Below are positions 35,488 through 47,785 of a DNA stretch of 64,000 nucleotides, in pieces. The translations under genes were made by a program, and so were the position numbers. Within the stretch, counting starts at the first letter, position 1. Each line of letters opens with the position of its first letter. Source of the stretch: Lama glama (taxonomy: Eukaryota); assembly GCA_028534125.1 (NCBI GenBank), contig CM052818.1, positions 45,758,001-45,822,000 on the forward strand. The letters run 5' to 3'. The notes beneath the pieces are model-generated. The model was not told the DNA's origin. It saw only the letters and a list, made by a program, of their open reading frames with translations, and did no database searches.

Positions 35488-36726
35488 CTTAAAAAAAAAA
35501 AAAGTACTGTGTGAAAAGGTTGTTTTGGTTAAATTTTAAGGAACTTACTTTGATCATGTTGCCCCCAAAGGCTTCACAAAGAAGTATCTAGAAAAGGCTG
35601 TTTGAAGTCTGCTCACAAGAGCAACCAGTGGCTGTAAAGGAGGCATGAGGTACTTTATTTTCTTGCTTTCTCCCTCCTTCCCAGCCTCTCCCAAACTGAC
35701 CCATCTGCTCGGTCATAAGGATGTCAGTGCTGTTCCTGGGCTTGCACAGCTACTGAAAGGAGCAATTTCAAGTATTAGGATGACAAATGAGAAAACAAAT
35801 TCATATTAAAAATGAGAGCTCTACACAATAATTTTAGAGTCTCAAAAACTTTTTAAAATTTAACACATACTTACCCAATCACACACATCCAGTTCCTACT
35901 GGATGCAAGATAAAATCTATCAGAATGATCCCTGAAAGGCCATGCTCTAACCAGGGGTTCTACCTAAACCAAGCCTCTCTTTGCACCCCACCCCCAGCAA
36001 CTTTCACTTACTTTGGGCCTCCCCACAGAAGAGCTCAATGCAAAGAAACTCTGAGAGGTGCTCCCGGCAGCCAGGATTACTACTTGGACAACCCTCTCCA
36101 CTGCCCACAAGTCCCTTCTCATCCCTCTCCAAGTCAGTTTTCCAAACTCTCCTTCCAGTGCAAGCTTCCAGCCCAGGACAATTAGATTATAGCTTTCAGT
36201 TTAGTTAACAATTTACAGCTTTCAACTTCTCCAAGCTGAGAAGCAATTTCTCCCAGTAACTTCATAGCTATAGCAAGTTAAGAAAACAAAAACAAAAAAA
36301 CAGTGCTTGACTGCACCAAACTCACACAAGAAAGAAGTTGGCCACCACAGGGAGGCAGAGAGGCCAGGATTTCAACCCAGCTAATGAAGGCTGTCAGGTG
36401 CCAAAGTATAGGCCTTCTCCAGCTGCTACCCACAGGTCTGATCCTGGACTGGGGTACCTAAGCCCTCACCCTAAGCTCCCCAGGGAAATGAGTATATTTT
36501 GCTTTCTGGAATCAATCTGTAAGTTTCAGCCTATGGATATTTTAATCCTGTGGCTGCATCTATCAATGGGAAAGCACATTTTCAAGACATGTTTTCATCC
36601 TTAGGACCCACACGGGGGAGAGTATGAACCTGCTTGCCAGCATCCCAGGGAATCCACCCAGGAATTCTTCAGCACATTTATTGAAGGTACTCTAGCACAA
36701 AACCCACTCCTCTCCCCACCCCTTAC

Positions 36727-36996
36727 CAAAGTTGATAAGGAATGGAAGTCCTTTGGTAGCTCAGGTGCAGCTGCGTCTATGTGCACAGTGGTGGTGACAT
36801 CCCCAGAATCAGAGACAGGTGTGAGGGGTCTTATCTTTAAAAGGTCCCCTTTCTGGGCTCTCTGACCCCAGGAGCTCATGCAAACAAGAGCTTCGACAGC
36901 TTCCATGTCGTTCTGCTCCAAGATGCTGCATGTAGACCTCTCACTGTCATGCCGCTTCCTCTCCAGGATTGACTCACATATGTCCATGATGTCAAC
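36727..36996 (-). CDS. KLF11: KLF11 coding exon 2 (Sin3-interaction domain R1)
   Basis: Acceptor tctcctttag|GTT, donor TTG|gtaagg; [46 protein letters not shown]...FHSLSTL; 270 nt. Confidence 0.97.
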
Positions 36997-37993
36997 CTAA
37001 AGGAGACACAACACAGCAGCTTCTCAGCCCCGGGAAACAGACAAGGAACCCTGACGGACACGCGGGCACGCACACCAGCAGCCTGCCCCGCGCACGCCCG
37101 CACTGCCCGCCTCCAGCCGCTTGCGCACGCGCTCTGGCTTCTAGGGAAGGAAGCCTGCGGAGCACGGAGGTCCACTTGGCTCTGAAGCCAGCTTTCTGTG
37201 GAGGGAAGGAGTTGGGATGCAGTCGGCCGGCCAGCGGCTTCCACAGAAAACTCTGATTCGTAACAAAGGTTATCAAGTTTATGTTTTTCTTCGGGAAATG
37301 ATTAATAAGACTTGTTTCCTGAGGCGTGAACCAAACTGGCTAGTGCCAAACGGGCCCTGGGGAGGAGGAACGATACTGATGGCTCAGGCTGAGGTTGGGC
37401 GAGATGAGAGAGCGGCCCTTCAGAGTCGTGAAGCCACCGGAGTGTCCCTCAAGATGCATTTGCGGCAACTCTGGAGCATCCATATCAGTCAGGGCATCCC
37501 TCAGCAGAGCTCCAGGAGGTAGAGCCCGCGCTGGTTCAGCCCCGGTCCCCACACCCAGGAGCACCAAGTCAGTCAAGGCCACCAGGACAGCACGGGGAGA
37601 GGAAGAAACTGTAAGATCTCGCCACAAGTCCTGGACCCGAGGGCTTCCCGGCGCAGGACCCTTGTCTCTTCTTAAGCGCGAGGGAGATGGGAAGCGACTA
37701 GAACTAGCTGATCTCTTTCCAGAGAAACTTTACATCTATGAAGATACATACTTACACTCAGTTTGTTTAAGCATCCAACCTGACTTACCCAGGTTACCCC
37801 CAGGGCACACAGGTAAGGCCACCACCTTTACAAATGCCACTCTGGCCCCGCTTCTGCCCGCAGCCCGGCCTCGAAAAGAACTGTGAAGTCACAGACATGG
37901 GCTGCCGCCTGCTCCACCCCACAGCGGGGGAGGGACGCGGCAGCGCGGGGCTCCCAGTCCTTTCAGCCCCTCAGCCGTCCAGTGGCTCGACAA

Positions 37994-38021
37994 CCAGGTC
38001 CCAGGTCCCAGGTCCCAGGTC
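37994..38021. repeat. 7-bp tandem repeat x4
   Basis: (ccaggtc)4. Confidence 0.85.
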
Positions 38022-38651
38022 CAGCCAGAGAACTTCCCGCCGCTCTGAGGCCCGTACTGGAGCCAGCCGGGTGGAGGCGTCCCACTCCGCCCACCGCGTG
38101 CAGTCTTCCCGCCAGCTTTTGCCCCGCCCCGCGTTCCGGCTAGCTTTTGCTCCGCCCCTCGCCCCGCCCCCGCGCTGCGTTCCCACAGCCCTCTCCACGC
38201 CCTTCACCTTCCCGTCAGCTTTTGCCCCACCCCCTAGCTCTCCGCTGACGCGCGCCGCGTTCCCACAGTCCTTGCCCCTCCGCCTTTGCCCCGCCCCCGC
38301 CGCCCGCGTGCCGCGTTCCCGCCAGCCGTGCCCCGCCCAATGGCCGCCTCCGCACAGGGCCTGGTGACGTCATGGCTGGAAATAACCCCGCACCTGGAGC
38401 CCGCGGGGCGGGGCCGCTGCGGGAACGCCAGACAAAGCTGCGCGTAGGGCGGCGCGAGGCACACGCCCCCTCCGCGCCCCTCCCAGCGCGGCCTCACGCA
38501 GCCACCGCCCCTCTCGGCTCCCGAACCCGCCTGGGTTCCTAACGGTGCGGGTGCGGCGAGGCCCCGCGCGCTGCCTCTCTCCTCCGCACCCTGGGTCCGC
38601 ACAGGCGGCGCGTCCCCGCCTCTCCCCTCGCTCCGATGGGCGGCCACTCAC

Positions 38652-38693
38652 CGCGCGCGCGTCGCCCGGGCCCGCGGAGCCTGGCGTGTGCAT
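38652..38693 (-). CDS. KLF11: KLF11 coding exon 1 (aa 1-14)
   Basis: ggcaccATG; MHTPGSAGPGDARA (recalled human MHTPDFAGPDDARA); donor GCG|gtgagt. Joined CDS is 42+270+967+281 = 1560 nt = 519 aa + stop. Confidence 0.93.
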
Positions 38694-40189
38694 GGTGCCG
38701 GCGGCCCGGAGGCAACAAAGCCGCCACGGGCGGGAGCTTAGTGCACGGCAGCTGCCGCACGTGCGCTGCGGGCGGCGGCGACCCGGAGCTCGAGCGGCCG
38801 GCGCGCGCCTCCGCCCGCCCGCGCGGCTCTGCCCCGGCGCGGCCCTCGCGGCGCGGGAGGGGCGGGGCGGCTGTGGAGGGAGCGGCCGCAGGGGCGGGGC
38901 GCAGAGGCAAACCAAAATACACCGCGCCCCGCCGGGGCGGGTCTGGGCGGCCGCCAGCCAATCCGCGACAGGCCTGGGCACCCCCGGCCAATGGGCGCCG
39001 CGGAGAGCCGCGTGATCAGAGCCTGGCCGCGGCGTGATCGGGCAGGGCGGGATGCGGCACGTGTTTTGGTAGCGGCGAGGGGGCGGAGCCTGAGGCCCTG
39101 GAAAGTAGGGGAAAGGTCCTGGCGGCGGCAGCGGCTCGGCGGCGGCTCCTGCAGCGGCTGCTGCAGCGGGAGCGGTTGGGTTGAGGGACCGTGCAGATGC
39201 GGCCGGGGAAGTCCCCAAGTCTACTGGACTGGCTGGGGAGGGGGGCTGCGCTTTAAGGGGCCACCACCCGCTGCTTGCCGGAGTGCAGGTCCCCAGGGAG
39301 TGAATCTGTCCAGTAGAGGCGGCTCACCTGGAAGCCTCAACCCTGATTCTGCTTTCTTGTTTAATCTACCATCGCTCTTAGGAGAGCATCCCTGATCTGG
39401 AAGACTTTTGAAAGCTGGCTAGCCCCAGGTGACATTCCTGCATCCGCTCCTTCCTCCAGGCACTTAGAGCCCGAGCTTCTCGGCCTGTCTGCCGCTGATG
39501 GCCCCCTCCAGGCAGCTCTGGGCTGCAGTTTCCCCACAGTTCGGTGGGGATGGAGGGTTAGGGGCAAAACAAGTGACCGCCTGAAAAGCACCTGGTGAAA
39601 CCTGCCCATTTTTCTAGGCCAGGTGTAAGTGTCACCCTCTCTGGGAAGTCCTCAGGCCTGAATGAGAGAGATGTCCAGGGCAACTTACCCCTGCTCCGCT
39701 GTACTTTGGCTGCCTGTGTCTCTGGGTGTGGTTTATGCATTTCTGCAGCTCTAAGTTCTTGAAGAGCAGCCTGTGTTTATTTGTACCCCCACAGCCTGCA
39801 GCGCGGCTTGGCGCAGCCTTTCATCCACCCATGTGGCCCACATTTGCTGAGCTTAGATATGGGTTGGCATAGAACAAGGTGCAGAGGCCACAGTGAGGAA
39901 TCCTCGGTCCTACAAGCTAGGGGCAGGTGAGAGTAGAGGATCCCCGCGCTGTGGGGACTGTGCTCTGAGCAAGAGAACAGGTAAGGAAACAGGCCATGAA
40001 AGCACCAGGCCCTCCACGTTCATACTGATAGGGAAGCAGGTGGGGCCCAGGGCTCTGGCCAGCTTCTTCCTCACCAGCCTTCTCTGCTTGGGCAGAGGGA
40101 GCGTAAGCTGACCTCCAGCTTCTTTCCATTTCATCTAACTCACATCCTTCCCAGCACCTTTCAAAGCCTATAACTTTTGTTTCGTTAGT

Positions 40190-41050
40190 AATTTGTTAAT
40201 TGTCTCCCCACCAGAGGGAACCTTCCCAAGGTTAGAGACCTTGCCTAATTCACTGTGAAACCCCAGTGCCCGGCTCACTGCAGCCACATGGTAACCAGTG
40301 GTTGAATAAGTGAATGAAGACCAACTCCTAACTGCCCTCCCCATTTGGACATTCTGCAGACATTTGTAATTCAGTGTCCTTGAAACTGAACTTCCATTCT
40401 ACCCAACTATGAATTTTCCCCAAACTTCGGGAAGGGTACCACCAGATACCCTTTTCCTTCATCCAGAAATCTAAGAGTCACCTTTGGCCCTTCCCTCCTG
40501 CCCTTGCCTCCCTCTGTCAATGACTTAGTGCTCTTCATCTTCCTAAATCTCTCTCAAACTATTCACTTCTCTCCATCACCCACTCTTGCTCTGGTCCAAG
40601 CCACTCTCTTCTCTCACCTGAATTATTTTGCTGCCTCCCAATGGGTCTGCTTACCTCTAGCTTCATCACCTGCACAGTGCCCCTCAGCTCACTGCCAGAA
40701 TCATCTTCTAGAAGTAGGGACGGTACCAAACCTGTACTCAAACCCTCAGTTTGGAATCCGAACAGCCACAGACTGAAACTTACTCCTTAGGCAGGAATGC
40801 ACGGCTCTGCAGAACCAGCCCCTAGCCAGCACTTCTTGCGTCATTCCGACCAGTTCCCCAAATCCCTTTCCCTTCTAACACTGTTGTCCCAGTGCCAAAC
40901 CCTGTGCCCCCCAACATCATGTCAGAGTCACCATCTTTTGCTTTGTATGTGATGTTTCTTTTGTCTGGAACACCCCAACCCTTCTCCACTTTTACTCTGT
41001 AAGACTGCATTGTGACTTCTCAGTAAAGCCCTTCCTGACCCCCAAACAGT
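40190..41050 (+). mobile_element. L2 LINE fragments
   Basis: L2 3' end (ttgtctccccaccagagggaacc...gttgaataagtgaatgaa) and body (cttctctccatcacccactcttgctctggtccaagccac...ctcacctgaattatttt); approximate. Confidence 0.6.
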
Positions 41051-41410
41051 AGGACGACTCAGCAGAATGCTTAGTGCAGGTCTTTGGAGTTAGACCTGGA
41101 TCCAAATCCCAGCTCTGCCAGTGTAGCCAAGCCACGTGACCAGCCGTGTCTGTGGAGTAGGAGGTGGCAGCAACTCTCCAGGAGTCTGGAGCACAAGCTT
41201 CTCTCTCCTCTGGCTCAGCTTCTGCTCCCTGGACAGCACCTGGAAACTTGGGCAGCAGCCTGGCTCCAGGTTCTCCAGGCATAGGTCCTCTCCTTCCTAT
41301 TTCTAGTCCATGTGACAGACAGACAGACATGTAAGTCTTTGCTTATGCTGGTTCCTCCTCCCTTGTCCCCCACCTCTACCCAGATACCACCTCTCCATGC
41401 AGCCTTTCTT

Positions 41411-41436
41411 CACACACACACACACACACACACACC
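41411..41436. repeat. (CA)n microsatellite
   Basis: cacaca run. Confidence 0.9.
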
Positions 41437-41699
41437 AGGTGGTTGCTGCCATAGCCAGATACTGGACCTGCCTATAGTCATTGGGATATTGACATGTTTA
41501 TAAATTGGAGTCAATTACAAGTCATTTACTCAGAGACATCACGGAGCCCTCATCGGCACCAGGCCCCACAGACCTTCAGGCCAAGTGCGGTCCAGCAGGC
41601 ACACTGGGCATGGACCCAGAGAACTGTATAAAGTAGAGCATAATGCCACCAGCTAAACTGCCACCACTTTCTCTTGGGTCCTGCCAGAGAGTCTGTGTA

Positions 41700-42700
41700 T
41701 ATGCAAAAATACTTACATGCAAAGGATCGTGATCTGTGCACCTTCTGAATGTTGCTTGCTGATTTCACGACACATCTTGGAGGCTACTGCACGTCCAAGA
41801 TACTTTGTGTATCTTTGATACGCAAAGATCAGCCTCGCTCTTTGTTGTGGTTAAATACTATTACGTTATACGAACATACCATACTTGAACCACTCCTGCC
41901 TAAATCACCTCTGTTTCTTCTATTTCCAGTTTGCAGGACATCCTATCTGTGCATCATGTGCCCACGTGCAAAGTTAACTACAGAATCACCTCCTAAAATT
42001 GGAATTGCTGGGTTGACTGCTCTTACATTTCTTTTTCCCTTTTGGTAAATTTTATTGAAATATAGCCTAGATACAGGAAAGTACAAAACCTTAGGTGTAC
42101 AACTCAGTGAATTTTCATAAGGTAAACACACTTGTGTTACTGAGATCAAGAAACAGAATATTAGCAGAATTCTAAAAGCCCCCTGCCTGACCCTGCCCAG
42201 GATGGTCCCTATCATGACTTCTAACACCACAAGATACTTTTGCATGTCCTGAAACCTGTACAAAGAGAATCATGTAGTTTATCTCTTTGGGGACTGCCAT
42301 GTACTTGCATGTAGTTCGAGATCATTTATTCTCGTTGCTGTAAAATACAGCACCATGCACTGGCCCATTCTTGTGTCCATGGACATCATTATTTCCAGTC
42401 TGGGGCTGTTATGAATAAAACTGCTATGAAAATTCTGATATGTGGCCATGTGCATTTTTTTGTTTAGGAAAATTGTCAAAGTGCCCTCCAAACATGCTTT
42501 TGTGTCTCTGTACGCCATCAACAATCAACTGCAAAGCCAGTCCCCTCTTTCTCCGCTGGTGCTCGATCTTCTTGAATTTTTGACCTCAGCCAAGCTAAGT
42601 GGGAAAAATGAGCACTCATCATATAAGATTGCATTTCTTTGATGGAATTTACCTGAGAGTTTTGCTTGTATTTAAAAGCCATCATGATTTCTGTTTATGT
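41700..42700 (-). mobile_element. Old L1 3' fragments (nested, L1M/L1ME-like)
   Basis: ttttattgaaatatagcctagatacaggaaagtacaaaaccttaggtgtacaactcagtgaattttc and ttccagtctggggctgttatgaataaaactgctatgaa are antisense L1 3' motifs. Confidence 0.7.
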
Positions 42701-44449
42701 GAACTCTGAAGGAATTTTAAATGACACTACAGAAACTTGACTATGTTCGTATGCTGAAGGGAAGGGCACGGTGGAGAAAATTGAGTGAAGCAGAAGAGAG
42801 ATGGAAGGGCTGACAGTGGCGGAGTGAGGTTGGGGAGTGTGTGCTAGGGGAGGGCTGGGGGAGCACGGAACAGGGAAGCGGGCCATGCACGTGACGAAGG
42901 AGCCAGGAAGGTTCTGGGATGGAGCGAGAGATGGCCAGGGTGTTTATGTGTGATCTGCCTTCTAAGTGATGTGGGAGCCATCTGCTGGGGAAGGGATGCT
43001 GGGGAGATGGGACCAGTTTGGAACAGACTTGGAGAAATGTGTTACAGGTCCAGCCAGGGAAAGTGACGATGGTTTCCCACTGGACTGAGGACCAAGTTAG
43101 GATGTCAGAGTGACCCTGGACAGGGAAATGGGTTGGTGTCCTAGCTCCTAGTATTCAACTGCTGGGCACCTGTGCATCTTTGTCATCTTTGAGCCTCAGT
43201 TTCTGACCTGCAAAATGGAGCTGGATTAGCTCTGTGGTTCTAATCAGTCCTGAATTATGATCAAGTAAGTATTCATGGTTTTATTATGAATGAGAAAAAT
43301 AAGGGGCAAGGAATGCATTTTTTTCATATAGTTAAGTACAGTTTAAGGACTATCATTTATTCAGAGATTGTATCCTCCTAATTTTTTCTGGTTAGAATGT
43401 CATGCCTTTTAGGAAGAGATGGTGATAGCAGAGATAGTACATAACACTTGAACTTGTGAGAACAAAACGTTAGCAATCCTCTGGCAGCATCCCCAAACTT
43501 GTTGTGAAATTTTATGGTCAGTGAAATGCCCGAATCTGGGAATCTCTGGACTAGATGTTTTTGGAGATCCATTCCATCTCGGATAACCATGGTTCTCTGC
43601 AAGGGCTGGTCCCCTTTCCAGGATGAACTTGGAGGAGCTGATTTCAAGGCCTAGTCAGAAATAGATGGTTTGCGTGACTCCACTTCATTCTGCCCTGGGC
43701 CTGGCAGCTGCCAAGGGGCAAGGACCCACAGCAGGCGGGCGGGCTCTTCCTTTCTCCTGACCCTCAGCATCCCCTCCCTGGGCTGCAGACTGGCTGGCCC
43801 CGGCCTTGCCAACCCCTGAATATTTCAGCCTTCGGCCAGAGCCCAGCTGTGGAGCCGAGAGGAATAAATCGAGTCTGGAGGCTGCCTTCCATGCCTGCAC
43901 TGCTGCCAGGGTGGGTGGGAGGGCCAGAGAGAGCTGACTTGGGAGGGGAGAGTAGGCTGCTGGTGAGGTCTGGGTCCAGCCCATCCTTCCTGCCTTTCTC
44001 TTTTGCCTGGGGCTGAGCTCACTGGCTGGAAGTCACACAAGGGCTGATGTGCTGTGCACTGACTAGCTGCTTGACTGGCAGTCTGGTTGACTAAATGACC
44101 TAATCAGTGATTGACTAGTGGATCAGTTCATGAATCACTGACCCATCAATCTCCCACCTGTTTGATGATGGATCCACCAGCCTGACCATGGGCATCCATC
44201 ACTACTAACTCCCTCAGTTTCTTCATCTGTAAAATGGGGCCGAAACTGAGGACTAGAAAAGGGAAGCAGCCCTGGCTGGCACTGGTGGAGTCAGGCTCCA
44301 TCTCTCAGACCCAAGTCCAGTAATTCTTTCTCCCAGCTGTCTCCTCTGGGAAAACAGGCACTTTAAAAGCACATGTGAGTCCTTGTGAGTGGATGGGTTG
44401 GGGGAATCGGCAGCTCTCACCAGATACAAAGGGGACGGTCAGCTCCTCC

Positions 44450-44452
<3 letters not shown>

Positions 44453-44484
<32 letters not shown>
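44453..44484. repeat. (CA)n microsatellite
   Basis: acacac run of about 16 units. Confidence 0.9.
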
Positions 44485-44485
<1 letters not shown>

Positions 44486-46649
44486 CTTCTGCTTGGTGGC
44501 TGCGGCTGCCTCGTGACTGCAGAGCTCTGCCTTCTCTCTGTGTGTCCCCAGGCCAGAGCACCACCTCTCTGGGTGTTGTGTCGTCAGACCTCCCAAGAGG
44601 GAGAACCAGCTTGTGTGTATGGGTCAGGTACCCAGGCCCGGGGTAGAGGGGCTGTGTGTCCTCCAACCTGCAACATTTGCCAAAGGAAAGCTCCAGGGTG
44701 GGGCTGTGGGTAGAGTGGACCCCTGGAGGATTATCTGAGGGGATGGGTGCTTAGTGGGATCTTGAGAGCCCAGGCAGGACAGCCTGCGGAGCAGGGAAGG
44801 AGAGCCATGCTGTGCGCTTTCTGCTAGGAGACCTTGGAGGGATCAGAACCAGCCCTGCCCTTCGGTCCCACCACTTGGCAGGAAAGACCACAAGGGATGT
44901 GCTGTACACCAAGGCCATGCTGGAGGTGCAGGTGCAAGGGGAGCAGAGGGGACCTGACTACCTCTGCCTGTGGAACAGGCGGGAGGGCCGTCTGGGACGG
45001 TTTCCACAGGAGATGTCCTCCGAGCCGGTGTTAAGGGATGAGTGGCCGGGAGCCACCCAGGGAATGGAGGTGATGTTTCAGTGTTGACGACACACCTCAC
45101 CCCTTTGTGCATAGGCAGCAGGTGCCTGATAGGTTGGAACCAGCCTGGGAAGAAGCTGTGAGAGCAGCCCATCTAGGGTTCTCACATTTGAGCGGCATCG
45201 GAATCCCCTAGAGTTGGTGTCTGCTGGGTCTGCCCCAGAGCATCTGGCACAGTAGGTCTCCGATGCATTTCTAACAAGTTCCTGCATGTTGTTGACGCCA
45301 CTGGTCCAGCGACCAAGCTTTGACAGCTACTCCACTAGTCCAACCTGTCATTTTGTGGGAAGAGAAACAGACCCAGAGAAGGGGAACAACTAGAATCCTT
45401 GCCTCCAGGCTGACTCCCAGCTTGGTGCCTGCCACCATCCTAGGCCCCCTGGACGGATACCACTGTCCTGAGAACATCCCTAGGAGAAAGCCCACGGAGG
45501 CCAGTGTGGGCCATGACAACAACACAAAGTACCTCCCGGCCTGGGCGGGCAGGCTTGCAAGGATCCCTGGGGTCACCCAGGCTGTCTGCCTGGCTGACTG
45601 CCTGTCCCTGGACATGCTGCCAGCCTGGCTTCCCCAGTGACCCAGTGTGGTGCTGGCACCAGCCCAAACAGTCAGCAGGGCCAGCAGCGTGGCTGCTCAA
45701 AGTGCTGGCAGAATGACCAGTGGAGACGCATCTCACGGGGGGACTTGCATGGGCCCTGCAGGGCCTGAGCTGGGACCTGCGGGGTGCCTATTCCTCACTC
45801 CTGCCCTCTGGGGAGCGCCAGGCTGCACCTCCGGTGGGCTGCATCGCCCCTGTGCTCCCAAGCTGGCCAGCCCCCTGAACCAGAGGGAGTCACCCAGCTT
45901 CCCTGGTCCAGCTGCTTCCCGGGCCCCAGGGGACTCCTGGGCAGTGGCTCCTGCTGTCTGTGGGTCCCCCCCCTTCCTCGAAGCCTCTTGTCTTCCCCAT
46001 GAAGCACCCCCCCCAGGTGCAATCAGTGCCCCTCCCTCCTCAGTGTCCCCACGTGGCCTCTCTTCAGTCACATTTGTTCTGTTTACCACTTCCCACCTGT
46101 CTTTACCTGGAACTGCGAGCTCTGACCTCAGAGCAGGCCCATGTTGATAGGGCCAAAGAATGAATAAACCACTTAGCCAGGAGGAGTTTAGAAAATGCCC
46201 TATGCTCTGATTTGTCCAGAGCCCGTTCCCAGACACCTTTCTGGCTCTGTGTGACTCACAGATCCCTGCTGGATCCCTTGGGTCATCTGTGGGCTGCCAC
46301 CCTAGTGTAGTCTCTGAGAGATGTAACTGCTCAGGGCTCCCAATTTAGGAATCGCCTTCACTGCCTTGCTCCCTCCCTCCTCTCTCCCTCCGCAGGGACA
46401 CCGGGAGTTGGGAGCCTCGTCCCCAGGAACGATGCCTCTGCTGGTGTCAGCCACTGTGGGAGCCTCGCAGAGACTGGGGGCAGGAAGGCAGGAGGAGTTG
46501 ACCCCTGTGCTTAGCTCCCTGAGGCAGATATGGACAACAATAGCCCAGGTTTTGCTGTTTCTGTTGCAACGCAAGCAAGTTCATGATGAAACCTGCTGCT
46601 CTGCCAGCCACCAGGGAGAGAGGGCTGTGACACAGTTCCTGCCCTTGTG

Positions 46650-46830
46650 GACTTTGCTCACTACCTGTGTGACCTTGGACAGGTTGCTTAACCTCTCTGA
46701 GTCCCAGTTTCCTTTCCTGTAAAATTCACATGGTAAAAAGAACTACTTCTAGGAATGTCATGGGAGTTAAATGAAGTGATGCTCATATGAATACCTGGCC
46801 AAGGTGCCTGCCTCATCACTACTCATAAAT
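46650..46830 (+). mobile_element. MIR SINE
   Basis: ctcactacctgtgtgaccttggacaggttgcttaacctctctgagtcccagtttcctttcctgtaaaat is the MIR core. Confidence 0.8.
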
Positions 46831-47029
46831 GATGACTAAAGAAGCTCTCCTGTGATAGGGAGGCTCTCAAGGAAAGTAATGATAATGATATAGTTTGTAT
46901 AGTTTGATAAATGCAACAAAAGAGGAAAGCACTGCTGGCTAGTGGAAATACCGGGGCTGGGGGAGCTGTCTTAGCCACTTAGCTGCTAAGCTGGATGAAG
47001 GAGAGTCGAGGAGGGTCTTAAAGAGGAGA

Positions 47030-47785
47030 TAATTAGAATGCATTGTAAATAAGCAAATGGGAGAGAAGAGACAATTCTCCCCCAGGAGGAATTCCAAATA
47101 ATATATAGAGATATCCGCTCCAGGGAGTGGAGCCTAAGTCTTCACCCGCTAAGTGTGAACTGGACGTGGTGACTCACTTCTGACAAAATCTGGGAAGGGA
47201 AAAGAGTATCTTCATGCTGGAGAAAGCTTGCAGACACCATCAGGTGGCAGGGGCTAACTCGCCAGTGGTAAGGGGTATGGACAGTGAGATGGGGTGGGTG
47301 AGGCGAAGGGGCCCCTTCCCCTCTGTGTCTTCTCTCCTTGATTCCATAACCCCAGCCTAACCACGAGCAGCGTCGGACAGATGCAAATCGAAGGACACTC
47401 TACAAAACGCCTCCCCAGGACTTCTCAAAGGGGTCAAGGTCGTGACAATCGAGGAGAGAGTAGGGAATCACAGATGTGAGGAGACAAAGGAGCATGAAGG
47501 CTAAATGCACTGTGGAACCCGGGATGGGATCTGGAAGTACTGGAAGAGCATTTGTGGCAAAACCAGTGAAATCTGATTAAAGTCTGCAGTTGCGTCTGTA
47601 GTATTGTCCCCATGTTGATGTCTAAGTTTTGACAGAAGGACCGTGGTTATGTAAGAGGTTCAGCTTGGAGGAAGCTGGGTGGAGGGTAAGCCAGAACTCT
47701 CTGTACTATCTGCAGCTCCTTGGTTGAATCTCCTGCAACTGCTAGTGAATCTAAAATTATTACAAAGTAAAAAGAAAAATTTTAA
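47030..47785 (+). mobile_element. L1MC-like 3' end
   Basis: aaatgcactgtggaacccgggatgggatctggaa...tggcaaaaccagtgaaatctgattaaagtctg...ctctctgtactatctgcagct...gtgaatctaaaattattacaaagtaaaaag. Confidence 0.7.

Larger units (their letters stand above)
37850..39300. promoter_or_regulatory. KLF11: CpG island / promoter of KLF11
   Basis: Dense CpG around exon 1; GC boxes 38868-38900, CCAAT at 38958 and 38988, CACGTG at 38758 and 39058, CRE TGACGTCA 38365-38372. Confidence 0.85.

Noticed and set aside
37834..39395. Long ORFs (177-282 aa) in the KLF11 CpG island, including an in-frame upstream extension of exon 1
   Set aside because: GC-rich shadow ORFs; homology to KLF11 starts at MHTP (38693)
44055..44200. 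Recurrent tgac/gact words resembling nuclear-receptor or AP-1 half sites
   Set aside because: Looks like a decayed (TGAC)n-type simple repeat with no consistent spacing
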